Assembly (NCBI GenBank): GCA_003220225.1 | Contig: QHRU01000040.1 | Coordinates: 19,666 to 83,665 of the forward strand | Direction of reading: 5' to 3' | Source: Candidatus Rokuibacteriota bacterium | GTDB lineage: Bacteria > Methylomirabilota > Methylomirabilia > Rokubacteriales > CSP1-6 | DNA length: 64,000 bases | Shown here: positions 27,560 through 36,941 of the stretch, piece by piece | Position numbering within the stretch: position 1 is the first letter of the stretch | How the letters are laid out: each line of letters opens with the position of its first letter | The notes under the pieces: model-generated | What the model was told of the DNA's origin: nothing | The model's database searches: none | The model's input: only the letters and a program-made list of their open reading frames with translations | Program-made: the position numbers and the translations under genes

Positions 27560-29113
27560 ATGGGGATGAAGGAGCACGCCGACGACCTGGCCGCCCGGCG
27601 CGAGCGCGCCGAGCAGATGGGCGGCAAGGCGGCCGTCGACAAGCAGCACGCCGCCGGCAAGCTGACGGTGCGCGAGCGGATCGACCGGCTCTTCGATGCC
27701 GGCACCTTCACCGAGATCGGGGTGCACGCGACCCACGCCGGGATCGCCCCCGAGCTGGAGGGCAAGGTGACGCCGGCGGACGGCGTCGTCACCGGCTTCG
27801 GCAAGATCGACGGGCGGCTGGCCTCCGTCATCGCGTACGACTTCACGGTCATGGCCGGCTCGATGGGCCGCAACGCCGAGGCGAAGTGCAACCGCGCGCG
27901 CGAGATCGCCTACACCAAGCGGATCCCGATGATCTGGCTGATCGACTCCGCGGGCGCGCGGATCCAGGAGGCGATCGGCTCGCGCTGGTTCGCCGGCTCG
28001 GGCCTGCTCTTCCGCGAGGAGTCGATCATGTCGGGCGTGGTGCCGCAGGTGGCGGCGATGATGGGCCCCGGCGCCGCCGGCACCGCCTACATCCCGGCCC
28101 TCGCCGACTTCGTGCCGATGGTGAAGGGGACGAGCAACATGGCGCTCGGCGGGCCGCCGCTGGTCAAGGCGGTGGTCGGCGAGGACATCACCGCCGAGGA
28201 GCTGGGCGGCTCCAAGGTCCACTGCGAGATCTCCGGCGTGGGCGACCTCGAGGTCGAGGACGACGAGCATTGCCTGCGCGTGGTGAAGGAGTACCTGTCG
28301 TACTTCCCATCACACAACCAGGAGCCGCCGCCGGTGATCGCGTGCGAGGACGCCGCCGAGCGCCGCGACGAGGCGCTGCTGACGATCCTGCCCGACAGCC
28401 CGCGCCGCGCCTACGACGTCAAGAAGGTGCTGCGCGCGGTGGTGGACCACGGCCGGCTCTTCGAGATCAAGCCGGGCTGGGCCAAGAACATCGTGGTGGC
28501 GCTCGCGAGGCTGAACGGCCGTGCCGTCGGCGTCGTCGCCAACCAGCCGATGGTGCTCGGGGGCGCGCTCGACATCGACGCCGCCGACAAGGCCGCGCGC
28601 TTCATCATGCTGTGCGACGCGTTCGGCATTCCGCTCGTGTTCTTCCAGGACGTGCCCGGCTTCATGGTCGGCAGCAAAGTCGAGCGCGCCGGCATCATCC
28701 GGCACGGCGCCAAGATGCTCTATGCGGTGAGCGAGGCCACGGTGCCCAAGCTGACGGTGGTGATGCGCAAGGCGTACGGCGCCGGCTACTTCGTGATGTG
28801 CGGCCGCGCCTACGAGCCTGATCTCATCGTGGGCTGGCCGACGGCCGAGATCAGCGTCATGGGGCCGGAGGGCGGGACCAACATCGTCTTCCGCAAGGAG
28901 ATCGCCGCCGCCGCCGAGCCGGACGCCGAGCGCGCGAAGAAGGTCGAGCAGTTCCGCCAGCTCATCAGCCCCTACATCGCCGCCGGCGCCGCCCTCATCG
29001 ACGACGTCATCGATCCGCGCGACACCCGACCGACGCTGATCCGGGCGCTCGAGATGGCCCGCACCAAACGGGTCGACCGCCCATGGCGCAAGCACGGCGT
29101 CATGCCGGTGTGA
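27560..29113 (+). CDS. Acyl-CoA carboxylase carboxyltransferase subunit (PccB/AccD5-like)
   Basis: 517 aa; full-length similarity to propionyl/methylmalonyl-CoA carboxyltransferase family (two crotonase-like halves). Confidence 0.85.
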   Translation: MGMKEHADDLAARRERAEQMGGKAAVDKQHAAGKLTVRERIDRLFDAGTFTEIGVHATHAGIAPELEGKVTPADGVVTGFGKIDGRLASVIAYDFTVMAGSMGRNAEAKCNRAREIAYTKRIPMIWLIDSAGARIQEAIGSRWFAGSGLLFREESIMSGVVPQVAAMMGPGAAGTAYIPALADFVPMVKGTSNMALGGPPLVKAVVGEDITAEELGGSKVHCEISGVGDLEVEDDEHCLRVVKEYLSYFPSHNQEPPPVIACEDAAERRDEALLTILPDSPRRAYDVKKVLRAVVDHGRLFEIKPGWAKNIVVALARLNGRAVGVVANQPMVLGGALDIDAADKAARFIMLCDAFGIPLVFFQDVPGFMVGSKVERAGIIRHGAKMLYAVSEATVPKLTVVMRKAYGAGYFVMCGRAYEPDLIVGWPTAEISVMGPEGGTNIVFRKEIAAAAEPDAERAKKVEQFRQLISPYIAAGAALIDDVIDPRDTRPTLIRALEMARTKRVDRPWRKHGVMPV

Positions 29114-29256
29114 GGCGGGAGCGATGGGCGGGCGCACGCTGATCATGGCCGTCGAGGCGCGGGCGCGGCTGAAGGCGACGTATCGCATCGAGGCCGGCCA
29201 CGAATAGCAAGCTGCTTCCGCCCGCGCTCTACGTCGCCAGCGCGCTCGCGATCGGC

Positions 29257-29634
29257 GTGTTCGTCGGCTCGCTGAACCTGCCCCACTACTCCCGCCTCGA
29301 GGCCCACGGCGCCAGCGCCCGGGCACAGGTGACGTCCACCGATTGCGGTAATCATGGAGCGGTGGCCTACGAGTTCCGGGTCGACGATCGCACCTACGCC
29401 GGGCGCGGCAACGCCGGCTACGGCATTCCGGCGTGCGGTCACCTGAAGCCGGGAGACACGGTGCTCGTCCGGTACCTCGTCGCCGATCCGAGGGAGAGCC
29501 TGCCCGGCGACATCAACGACCGGCTGCGCAACGAGTGGCTCAGCGTCGTGCTGGCGGCGTTCGGGTTGCCGCTGATCATCCTGTTCTTCGCGCGGCGCCA
29601 GGTCAGGCGCTGGGGCGGCGCCCCGTCGTCATGA
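29257..29634 (+). CDS. Small membrane protein (DUF3592-like topology); start may lie upstream at CTG 29212
   Basis: C-terminal TM helix; predicted N-terminal TM (LLPPALYVASALAIGVFVGSL) is in-frame upstream of first GTG with no canonical start. Confidence 0.45.
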   Translation: MFVGSLNLPHYSRLEAHGASARAQVTSTDCGNHGAVAYEFRVDDRTYAGRGNAGYGIPACGHLKPGDTVLVRYLVADPRESLPGDINDRLRNEWLSVVLAAFGLPLIILFFARRQVRRWGGAPSS

Positions 29635-30086
29635 GGCCGGCGCCGCTCTTGCGGATCTCGTGGCGTCTCGCCGGCTGGCTGTTCGCGCACCGGCTCGAGA
29701 AGTCGCATCCGGCGCACGTCGTCGCCTGGTGGGAGCTGCGGCGGCTGCCGTACAACATGATCGTGGGCGCGACCGGTGTCTTGAGCCTCGGGGTGTTCTT
29801 CGCGGTCGCCTTCGGGTGCGAGCGCAGCCGCGGCGTGCCGCTCGGGCTGCCGAGCCCGCCGCTGCTCGTGGTCATCGCGGTCGCCGCGTACTTGATCGTG
29901 GCGAACATCTTCTACACGGGCGGATGGATCCTCGAGCTGCTCGTGGCGAAGGTGTGGCGCGTCAGCACCCCCGTGTTCGGGCCGATCGCGTTCACGCTGG
30001 GCACGGCGTTGTCGGTGGTCGTGACCCTCGTCCCCGCCGGTCTGGTGATCCTCCTGGCCGTGTTCACGTCGTGCCGGGGGCTGTGA
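29631..30086 (+). CDS. Integral membrane protein (about 4 TM helices), unknown function
   Basis: ATGA overlap with upstream gene; hydrophobic helices throughout. Confidence 0.5.
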   Translation: MRPAPLLRISWRLAGWLFAHRLEKSHPAHVVAWWELRRLPYNMIVGATGVLSLGVFFAVAFGCERSRGVPLGLPSPPLLVVIAVAAYLIVANIFYTGGWILELLVAKVWRVSTPVFGPIAFTLGTALSVVVTLVPAGLVILLAVFTSCRGL

Positions 30087-30120
30087 GGCGCGCCGGCCGC
30101 ATCGTGGCCGTCCTGACCCG

Positions 30121-31359
30121 GTGAGCCTCTCGCCGGTCGCCGCGCTGGCGGGGCGGCTGGTGGTGGCCGAGGTCCTCCAGGAGCCGAGCTACCGTCGGCT
30201 CTGGGTCTCCGGCCTCTGCGTCAATGTCGCGCGCTGGATGGACCTCGTCACGGTCGGATGGCTGGCGCTCCAGCTCACCGGCTCGCCCTTCATGGTCGGT
30301 CTCGCGGCATTCGCGCGCGCGGCCCCGCTGATGGCCGTCGGGCCCTTCGCCGGCATCGTGGCCGATCGCATGGTGCGCGGGCGGGTGCTGCTGGCCGCGC
30401 AGTCGGTCGGTCTCGTGACGGCGCTCGCGCTCGCCGCGATCTTCGCCAGCCGCGCGGGCGGCTACTGGCCCCTGGTCGCGCTGGAGATCGTGTTTGGCGC
30501 GATGTGGGCGCTGGACTTCCCGGCGCGCCGCACCGCGCTCTACACGATCCTCGGCGCCTCGCGCGTCGCCCAGGCCGTCTCGCTCGAGACCGTCTCGATG
30601 CAGATCGCCAAGATGCTCGGCCCGCTGGCCGCCGGCGTCTGCCTCGCGCGGCTGGGCCCGGCCGCGTCGTATCTGGTCATGGCGCTCGTGTACACGGCGG
30701 GGCTGCTCGCATCCCGCGGTCTCGTCGGGCGGCTCGGCGGTCCGGGCGGCGGTGCGCCGACGTCCGTGGTGGCGAGCCTGCGTACGGGTCTGCAGGCGGC
30801 GTGGACGAGCCCGACCGTGCGCGGCGTGTTGCTCGTCACCGTCGCGATGAACACGCTGTTCTTTCCCTACCAGCACATGCTGCCCGTCTTCGCGCGCGAC
30901 GTCCTGGCCGTCGGCCCGACCGCGCTCGGCGCGCTCGTCGCGGCCGACGGCTGCGGCGCGCTGCTCGGCGCGCTGATGATCGCCTCGCGAGGCGGTCAGT
31001 TCGCCCAGCGCACGCTGTTCGCCGCCTCCGTGCTCGTGGCGCCGGTCCTCCTCGTGGCGCTGTCCGGCTCGCGCTCGTTCCTCGCGTGCGTCGCGCTGCT
31101 GGTCGTCATGGGCGCGGCGGAGTCGGGGTTCGCCGCGATGCAGAGCACGCTCGTGCTGCTCTCGGCGCCCGAGCGGGTGCGGGGCGGGGCGATGGGGATC
31201 CTGTCGGCGTGCATCGGGACGCAGCCGCTCGGCACGCTGGCCATCGGCCTGCTGGCGGCCAGCGTGGGCGCGCCCCTGGCCTTCGCCGTGAACGCGCTCG
31301 CCGCCCTGCTCGTGATCATCCCGCTCGCGGTGCCGCTCGCGCGGGGCCGCCCCGGCTGA
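30121..31359 (+). CDS. MFS transporter (EntS/YbdA-like)
   Basis: 412 aa, about 12 TM segments, MFS motif region GxxADRxxRxR. Confidence 0.75.
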   Translation: MSLSPVAALAGRLVVAEVLQEPSYRRLWVSGLCVNVARWMDLVTVGWLALQLTGSPFMVGLAAFARAAPLMAVGPFAGIVADRMVRGRVLLAAQSVGLVTALALAAIFASRAGGYWPLVALEIVFGAMWALDFPARRTALYTILGASRVAQAVSLETVSMQIAKMLGPLAAGVCLARLGPAASYLVMALVYTAGLLASRGLVGRLGGPGGGAPTSVVASLRTGLQAAWTSPTVRGVLLVTVAMNTLFFPYQHMLPVFARDVLAVGPTALGALVAADGCGALLGALMIASRGGQFAQRTLFAASVLVAPVLLVALSGSRSFLACVALLVVMGAAESGFAAMQSTLVLLSAPERVRGGAMGILSACIGTQPLGTLAIGLLAASVGAPLAFAVNALAALLVIIPLAVPLARGRPG

Positions 31360-31367
31360 GCGCGGGC

Positions 31368-32612
31368 TCAGCAGTAGCGGCAGGGCGGGACGTCGCGGCT
31401 GTAGACGGGCTGCCGGAGAAAGGCATCCGGGCTGTACTTCCAGAACTGCGAGACGGCGGGGATCGTCACGATCACGGTGTTCTGGAGCTCGCCCTCTCGG
31501 TTGCGCTCCACTTTCCTGAAGTAGACGTTCTGGATCGGATTGCCGTACGTGTCGAGCCTGACGGGCCCCCGCGGCGCGTCGGCGATCTCGACCTTCCGCA
31601 GCGCCGCCAGCAGCTTCTCGCGGTCTTCCACGTTGCCGCCGAGCGCCTTGACCGCCTCGTTGATCCAGCGTCCGCTCGTGTAGTTCGTCTCCGAAAAGTA
31701 GGAGGGGACCTTGCCGAAGCGCGCGCGGTACTCCTTGACGAAGCGCCGGTTGGCGGGCGTCTCGAGCGCGCCGCTGTAGATGAGCGGAGTGACGACGCCC
31801 AGGGCCTCGTCGCCCATCGACGGCAGGAGGGCCTCGTCGACGGCCGGGCCGCCGCCGATCAGCGGGATCCTGGCCTTCAGCCCCGCCTCCTCGTACTGCT
31901 TGAGGAACTGCAGCGTCGAGGCGCCGGCGATCATCGTCAGGACCGCGTCGGCGTCCCGGCGGATCTTCGCGATGTACGGCGAGAGATCCATGACGCCGAG
32001 CGGGGCCCAGAGCTTCTGGATCACCTGGCCGCCGTTCTCCTCGAACGTGCGCTGGAATCCACCGACGACTTCCCAGCCGAACGCGTAGTCGGAGGCGACG
32101 ACGGCGACCTTGCGATAGCCGAGCGTCCTGGCGGCGTACTCACCGAAGGGGTGGGAGGGCTGGCTCGACGCCCACCCGGTCCGGATGACCCAGCGGTACT
32201 TGAGCCGCTGCGTGAGGTCGTCCGAGGCCGCGACGGTGAAGAGCGCCGGGATGCGGTACTCCTCCACCTTCGGGGCCATCGCGTAGCCGATGTGGCCGAA
32301 GAGCACGCCGGCCACGATGTGGACGCGGTCGTGCTCGACGATCTTGCGCAGCTTGGTCAGCGCGACGTCGGGCCGGCCCTGGCTGTCTTCCACGATCAGC
32401 TCGACCTTCCGCCCCGCCATCTGCGAGCCGATCTCGTCCAGGTACAGCGTCAGGCCGTTGACCATGTCCTTGGCCGCCTGCGCCGCCGGCCCGGTGAGGT
32501 CGGTGACGAAGCCGATCCTGATCGGCCCCGGCTGAGCCGGGGCCACGCCGATACCCGCGAGGAGGAGGACCAGCAGGGCGCCCAGCACGATCGAGAACCT
32601 GTTCGCACTCAT
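31368..32612 (-). CDS. ABC transporter substrate-binding protein (branched-chain amino acid/LivK family)
   Basis: Signal peptide MSANRFSIVLGALLVLLLAGIGVAPAQP; type-I periplasmic binding fold; SD ggaggag upstream of ATG 32612. Confidence 0.8.
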   Translation of the reverse strand: MSANRFSIVLGALLVLLLAGIGVAPAQPGPIRIGFVTDLTGPAAQAAKDMVNGLTLYLDEIGSQMAGRKVELIVEDSQGRPDVALTKLRKIVEHDRVHIVAGVLFGHIGYAMAPKVEEYRIPALFTVAASDDLTQRLKYRWVIRTGWASSQPSHPFGEYAARTLGYRKVAVVASDYAFGWEVVGGFQRTFEENGGQVIQKLWAPLGVMDLSPYIAKIRRDADAVLTMIAGASTLQFLKQYEEAGLKARIPLIGGGPAVDEALLPSMGDEALGVVTPLIYSGALETPANRRFVKEYRARFGKVPSYFSETNYTSGRWINEAVKALGGNVEDREKLLAALRKVEIADAPRGPVRLDTYGNPIQNVYFRKVERNREGELQNTVIVTIPAVSQFWKYSPDAFLRQPVYSRDVPPCRYC

Positions 32613-32678
32613 GGCCGCTCCTCCTGGTGGACGGGGTTGCGCCAGATGATAGCGCCCTCCGCGTGCTATAGGGACGGG

Positions 32679-33131
32679 GTGAGGATCGCGCTTGCCGCCG
32701 TCCTGCTCTGGGCCACCACGGTGTCCGCGCAGCCGGCTCAGTATCGCCACGCCTACTATTTTGTTCCTCGCCGACAGGGTGACGGGCTGCGAGCCCTGCT
32801 ACATCCCGTTGCTGCTGACCTCCGCGCCGCTCGACGCGCTCGGCGTCCCGGCTCTCGATGTCGTCGTGATCACGACGTACGAGCGCGACTCGATCTGGTC
32901 GTCGGAGAAGGCGTGCGGCTCGCGGCGGCCGACGTCGTCCCGGTCGGGCGGACGCTACGTCTGCGCGACAAGCGCTATCGCTACCAGGAGATCTCGCCCC
33001 GCGAGGTCGTGCGGCTGCTGGAGAATCCCCGCGGTGCGATCCCGATCGGCCGACCGATGACGCCGGCGCTGCCCGCGGCCGAGCTCGCCCAGCTGCTCGC
33101 CGACTTCCGCGCGCTCTCCACCGAACGCTGA
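32679..33131 (+). pseudogene. Small secreted protein ORF requiring two compensating frameshifts (pseudogene or indel error)
   Basis: Signal peptide in frame 0, codon-bias-supported middle segment in frame +1 (100% GC3 over 19 codons vs 47%), C-terminal segment back in frame 0. Confidence 0.35.
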
Positions 33132-33149
33132 GATTCCCAGAGTGCTACG

Positions 33150-34454
33150 ATGCCGGCCACGATGAAGGCCGTTGCGGCCGCATGCACGCTCGTCAGCCTG
33201 CTCGCCGGATGCGCGGCGCCCGGGGCGCCCGGCGCGCGCGACGGCATCGCCTCGGGCTCGCCGGCCGCTTCCGCGCCCGCGCCGCGCTTCGCGCCGAGCG
33301 GTCCGGACGCCGAGGACTACGGAGCGAGCGACGGCCACCCGACCGGCGATCGCACGAGCTTCTTCCGCACGCCGTTCCTGGTCGGCTCCCACAGCCAGCT
33401 CGACCAGGTGTTCGAGGGCCGGCTCGTCCGGCGTGCCGCCACGCCGTCGCGGCTGGGGCGCGCAGCCTCGGAGCCGGCGATCCAGTACTACTACCAGGGC
33501 GCGGCCGCGGACCTCGACCGGTACCTCTCGCGCAACCCGGCCACCGGGCTCCTCGTCGCGCGTGGCGACACGATCCTCATCGAGCGCTACCAGTACGGGC
33601 GCAACGATCGCCATCGATTCACCTCGTGGTCGATGGCGAAGACCGTCACCTCGATGCTGGTCGGCATCGCGATCGCAGAGGGCCGCATCCGCTCCGTCGA
33701 CGATCCCGCCGCCGTCTATGTGCCTGCGCTCGCCGGGACCGAATACGGTCGGACGTCGCTCCGCCACTTGCTGCAGATGTCTTCGGGGGTCCGGTTCGTC
33801 GAGGAGTATTCGGGCCGGGACGACGTGGCGCGGCTCTCGGCCGACACCTTCCGACAGGTCGGCTCCGGCGGCGTGGAGGCGGTGACCCCGTACGACCAGC
33901 GCGTGCTGCCGGCCGGCGCCAAGTTCTCCTATGCCTCGGTGGAGACGCAGGTCCTGGGCCTCGTGTTGCGCAATGCCGTCGGCCGGCCGGTCGCCGACTA
34001 CCTGTCAGAGAAGATCTGGCAGCCGATGGGCGCCGAGGCTGACGCCACGTGGCTCGTGGATCGCACAGGCCAGGAAGCGACCTACTGCTGCATCAACGCG
34101 GTGCTGAGAGACTACGCGCGGCTGGGACTGCTGCTCGCGCACGACGGCAACTGGCGGGGTCGACAGATCATCCCGTCTGCCTGGATCGCGGAGGCCACTC
34201 GCGTGCGGCCGGAGCAAGGTCATGTCAAGCCGGGCGTCGCGACGCCGTTCTTCGGCTACGGCTACCAGACCTGGATCTTCCCGGGGGAGCGGCCGATGTT
34301 CGCCCTCCTCGGCGTGCGCGGTCAGACGATCATGGTCGATCCCACCAGTCGTCTCGTCATGGTTCACACCGCGGTCCGCAAGCAGCCCTCCAGTCCAGGC
34401 CCCAGCGAGCTGGGCGCGCTCTGGCGGACCGTCGTGACCGAGTTGGGCACCTGA
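33150..34454 (+). CDS. Serine hydrolase, beta-lactamase family lipoprotein
   Basis: Lipobox LLAGC; SxxK motif (SWSMAKT); 434 aa class C beta-lactamase/esterase-like. Confidence 0.8.
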   Translation: MPATMKAVAAACTLVSLLAGCAAPGAPGARDGIASGSPAASAPAPRFAPSGPDAEDYGASDGHPTGDRTSFFRTPFLVGSHSQLDQVFEGRLVRRAATPSRLGRAASEPAIQYYYQGAAADLDRYLSRNPATGLLVARGDTILIERYQYGRNDRHRFTSWSMAKTVTSMLVGIAIAEGRIRSVDDPAAVYVPALAGTEYGRTSLRHLLQMSSGVRFVEEYSGRDDVARLSADTFRQVGSGGVEAVTPYDQRVLPAGAKFSYASVETQVLGLVLRNAVGRPVADYLSEKIWQPMGAEADATWLVDRTGQEATYCCINAVLRDYARLGLLLAHDGNWRGRQIIPSAWIAEATRVRPEQGHVKPGVATPFFGYGYQTWIFPGERPMFALLGVRGQTIMVDPTSRLVMVHTAVRKQPSSPGPSELGALWRTVVTELGT

Positions 34455-34482
34455 CCGAGACTCTCGCCGCGGCAGGGTGGCG

Positions 34483-34940
34483 GTCGATTCGCGAGCCGAA
34501 CGGCCGCCTCGGCATCCGCCGCGCGGTCGCCGACCGAGGTCATCGCGAGAACAGCCGCCGCGGGTGAGGGCGGGGGTGGCGGCAGGGCCGCCCCCGTGAG
34601 GGCCGTGTTTCGGCTAACGCGTCGGACCCGGCCCGGAATCGGTGCTCGCTGACAGGCGCGCCGTCCTGTCGATTCGCGAGCCGAACGGCCGCCGCGGCAT
34701 CCGCCGCGCGGTCGCCGACCGAGGTCATCGCGAGAACAGCCGCCGCGGGTAAGGGCCGGGGGGCGGCGGCAGGGCCGCCCCCCGTGAGGGCCGTGTTTCG
34801 GGTAACGCGTCGGACCCGGCCCGGAATCGGTGCCCGCTGACCGGCGCACCGTCCGGTCGATTCGCGAGCCGAACGGCCGCCGCGGCATCCGCTGTGCGGT
34901 CGCCGACCGAAGTCATCACGAGAACGGCCGCCGCGGGCAC
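34483..34940. repeat. Tandem direct repeat, 185-188 bp unit x about 2.4 copies, each with a GC hairpin module
   Basis: Copies start 34483, 34668, 34856 (>90% identical); hairpin CGGGGG(T/G)GGCGGC-AGG-GCCGCCCCCCG in each; inverted copy of hairpin module at 34962-34985. Confidence 0.8.
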
Positions 34941-35001
34941 GGTCGATTTGCGTGCCCGAACGGGGGCGGCCCTGCCGCCACCCCCGCCCGTTCACGAGCG
35001 G

Positions 35002-36501
35002 CTAATTCTCGACGAAGGCCTTGAGGTTGCGCCCGCGCAGCGGGTGGCGCAGCTTGCGGAGCGCCTTGGCCTCGATCTGCCGGATGCGCTCGCGCGTCAC
35101 CGCGAAGCGCTTGCCGACCTCTTCGAGCGTGTGCTCCCCCTCTTCGCCGATGCCGAACCGGAGGCGCAGGATCTCCTTCTCCTTCGGCGACAGCGTGGCC
35201 AGCGCGCGCTCGACCTGGGTCGTGAGGTCCTGACCCATCAGCGTGTCGTTGGGCGAGCCGGCCGACTTGTCCTCTAGAAAATCGCCGAGCTCGCTGTCCT
35301 CGCCGATCGGCGTCTCCAGCGACAGCGGCTTGCGCGACGACTCGAGGATGAGCCGCACCTTCTTGGCCGGCACGCCCGTGCGCTGCGCCAGCTCCTCGGG
35401 TGTGGGCTCACGACCCATCTCGTTGACCATGTTGCGGTTGACGCGCGAGATGCGGTTGAGCGTCTCGACCATGTGCACCGGAATCCGGATGGTGCGCGAG
35501 TGGTCCGCGATCGCGCGGGTGATGGCCTGACGGATCCACCACGTCGCGTAGGTCGAGAACTTGAACCCACGCCGGTACTGGAACCGGTCCACGGCCTTCA
35601 TGAGGCCGATGTTGCCCTCCTGGACGAGGTCCAGCAGCGACAGGTCGCTGCCCAGGTAGCGCTTGGCCACCGAGACGACGAGGCGCAGGTTGGCTTCCAT
35701 CAGCTCGCGCTTGGCCTGGCGCACCGTGCGGTCACTCGTCTCGATCTCGGCCAGCAGGGTCTGAAGCTGCTTGCGGAGTAGCCCGGCCTCCGACTCGAGC
35801 CGCTTGAGCTCCTTCGCCGGCGCGGTCGTCCGGTTGCGGCGCGACTCCTGGGCCAGGGCATCGATGCGCTGGCAGAGGCGCCGCACCTTGCCGACAAGGT
35901 CGTCGATAAGCGCCGGCTTGAGCGGCATGTCGGCGACGGTCTTCTGGATCCCCGCGCGATAGGTCGCGATCTGCTTCTGGACGCTGGCGCGCCACGACGC
36001 CGAGCGGCGCTTGTCGCCCAGCGACTCCTCGAGCCGCGCGATCTTACGCTCCAGGCGGCGAATGCGGCCGAACGCCAGGAGGACGGGACGGATCTCCTTG
36101 GCCTCCAGCTCGCCCCCCTCGGGCAGCACGATCACGTCGTCGGCCGCGATGTCGTTGTGACGGAGCCGGTCGCCCACGTCCAGCAGCGCCCGAACGGCCA
36201 GCGGGATGCCCGCGAGCCCGCGGCGGAGCGCGATCTGGCCGACCTCGATCCGCCGGCCGATCTGGACTTCCTGCTGGGCCGTTAGGAGGGGAACCTTGCC
36301 GATTTCCTTGAGGTATAGACGGACCGGGTCCTCGCCCTTCGCCGGGAGCGGCGTGAGCGCCTCCTCGGGGACGGGCTGGACCTCGTCGTCGTCGTGGATC
36401 GTGGCGGGCGGGGTCTCCTCCTCGGTGGCCAGGGCGGCTGCGGGGACGAGGTGCTCCGCCTCGCTGTTGTGATTCTCCTGCGCCTGCTCGCGAAATGTCA
36501 T
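35002..36501 (-). CDS. rpoD: Primary RNA polymerase sigma factor sigma-70
   Basis: 499 aa; regions 1.1-4.2 incl. [16 protein letters not shown] and [17 protein letters not shown]. Confidence 0.9.
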   Translation of the reverse strand: MTFREQAQENHNSEAEHLVPAAALATEEETPPATIHDDDEVQPVPEEALTPLPAKGEDPVRLYLKEIGKVPLLTAQQEVQIGRRIEVGQIALRRGLAGIPLAVRALLDVGDRLRHNDIAADDVIVLPEGGELEAKEIRPVLLAFGRIRRLERKIARLEESLGDKRRSASWRASVQKQIATYRAGIQKTVADMPLKPALIDDLVGKVRRLCQRIDALAQESRRNRTTAPAKELKRLESEAGLLRKQLQTLLAEIETSDRTVRQAKRELMEANLRLVVSVAKRYLGSDLSLLDLVQEGNIGLMKAVDRFQYRRGFKFSTYATWWIRQAITRAIADHSRTIRIPVHMVETLNRISRVNRNMVNEMGREPTPEELAQRTGVPAKKVRLILESSRKPLSLETPIGEDSELGDFLEDKSAGSPNDTLMGQDLTTQVERALATLSPKEKEILRLRFGIGEEGEHTLEEVGKRFAVTRERIRQIEAKALRKLRHPLRGRNLKAFVEN

Positions 36502-36941
36502 GGTGTCACCGGCTTGCGTTTGCCTGTATGATGCTGTGCGCCTCCGGAACGTTTCTTTGCGCCGGAGGAGAGTTCAAGAAGCAGGCCAAGGATTCCCAAC
36601 TTTTCCTAACCGGTTGTAAGGCCTACGTCTCCGATGCGCCATGGGACCTTGGGCCAACAGTCAGATGGGAATTTCTCTTCATGTATTCAGGTCTTGATTG
36701 CTCTGCTATCCTTTTTCGGCCGGGGAATCGTGGGCGCCGAGGTCCTTGTCCCCCGGGTATGGGCCCGCCAATTCGTCTCAGACTGTCGAGCGTGTTCTAC
36801 AACGGGACTGACGAGACGTTCATCCGCCGACGCGCGAGAGCGCCACTAAGGAACGCCGAGGACCGGGCCCCGGGTTCCCTGTGAACCGGGGGGGGCCGCG
36901 CCAAGTTGACTTGGCTCGGCGGGCGAGGGTAGAAGCGAAGA

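Noticed and set aside
29124-29207. 27-codon mini-ORF MGGRTLIMAVEARARLKATYRIEAGHE after the carboxyltransferase gene
   Set aside because: Too short and featureless to call. Noted only because the following gene lacks a canonical start.
30258-33131. 957-aa plus-strand ORF spanning the MFS, ABC-SBP and intergenic regions
   Set aside because: Runs antisense or out of frame to well-supported genes. It is Arg/Ala-rich with poor third-position GC bias, a typical spurious long ORF in a high-GC genome. Only its last 450 bp (32679-33131) looks coding, as discussed.
34483-34940. Possible CRISPR array
   Set aside because: Repeat unit is about 185 bp with no intervening unique spacers and copies are directly abutting. 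No cas genes are nearby.
34364-35024. Several 60-170 aa ORFs on both strands inside the tandem repeat
   Set aside because: They are generated by the repeated GC-rich unit with no codon bias. The region is better explained as a non-coding hairpin repeat.
36495-36884. 129-aa ORF in rpoD/malic-enzyme intergenic region
   Set aside because: Low GC3 relative to genome, Cys/Phe-rich odd composition, no start context. More likely promoter or leader DNA.
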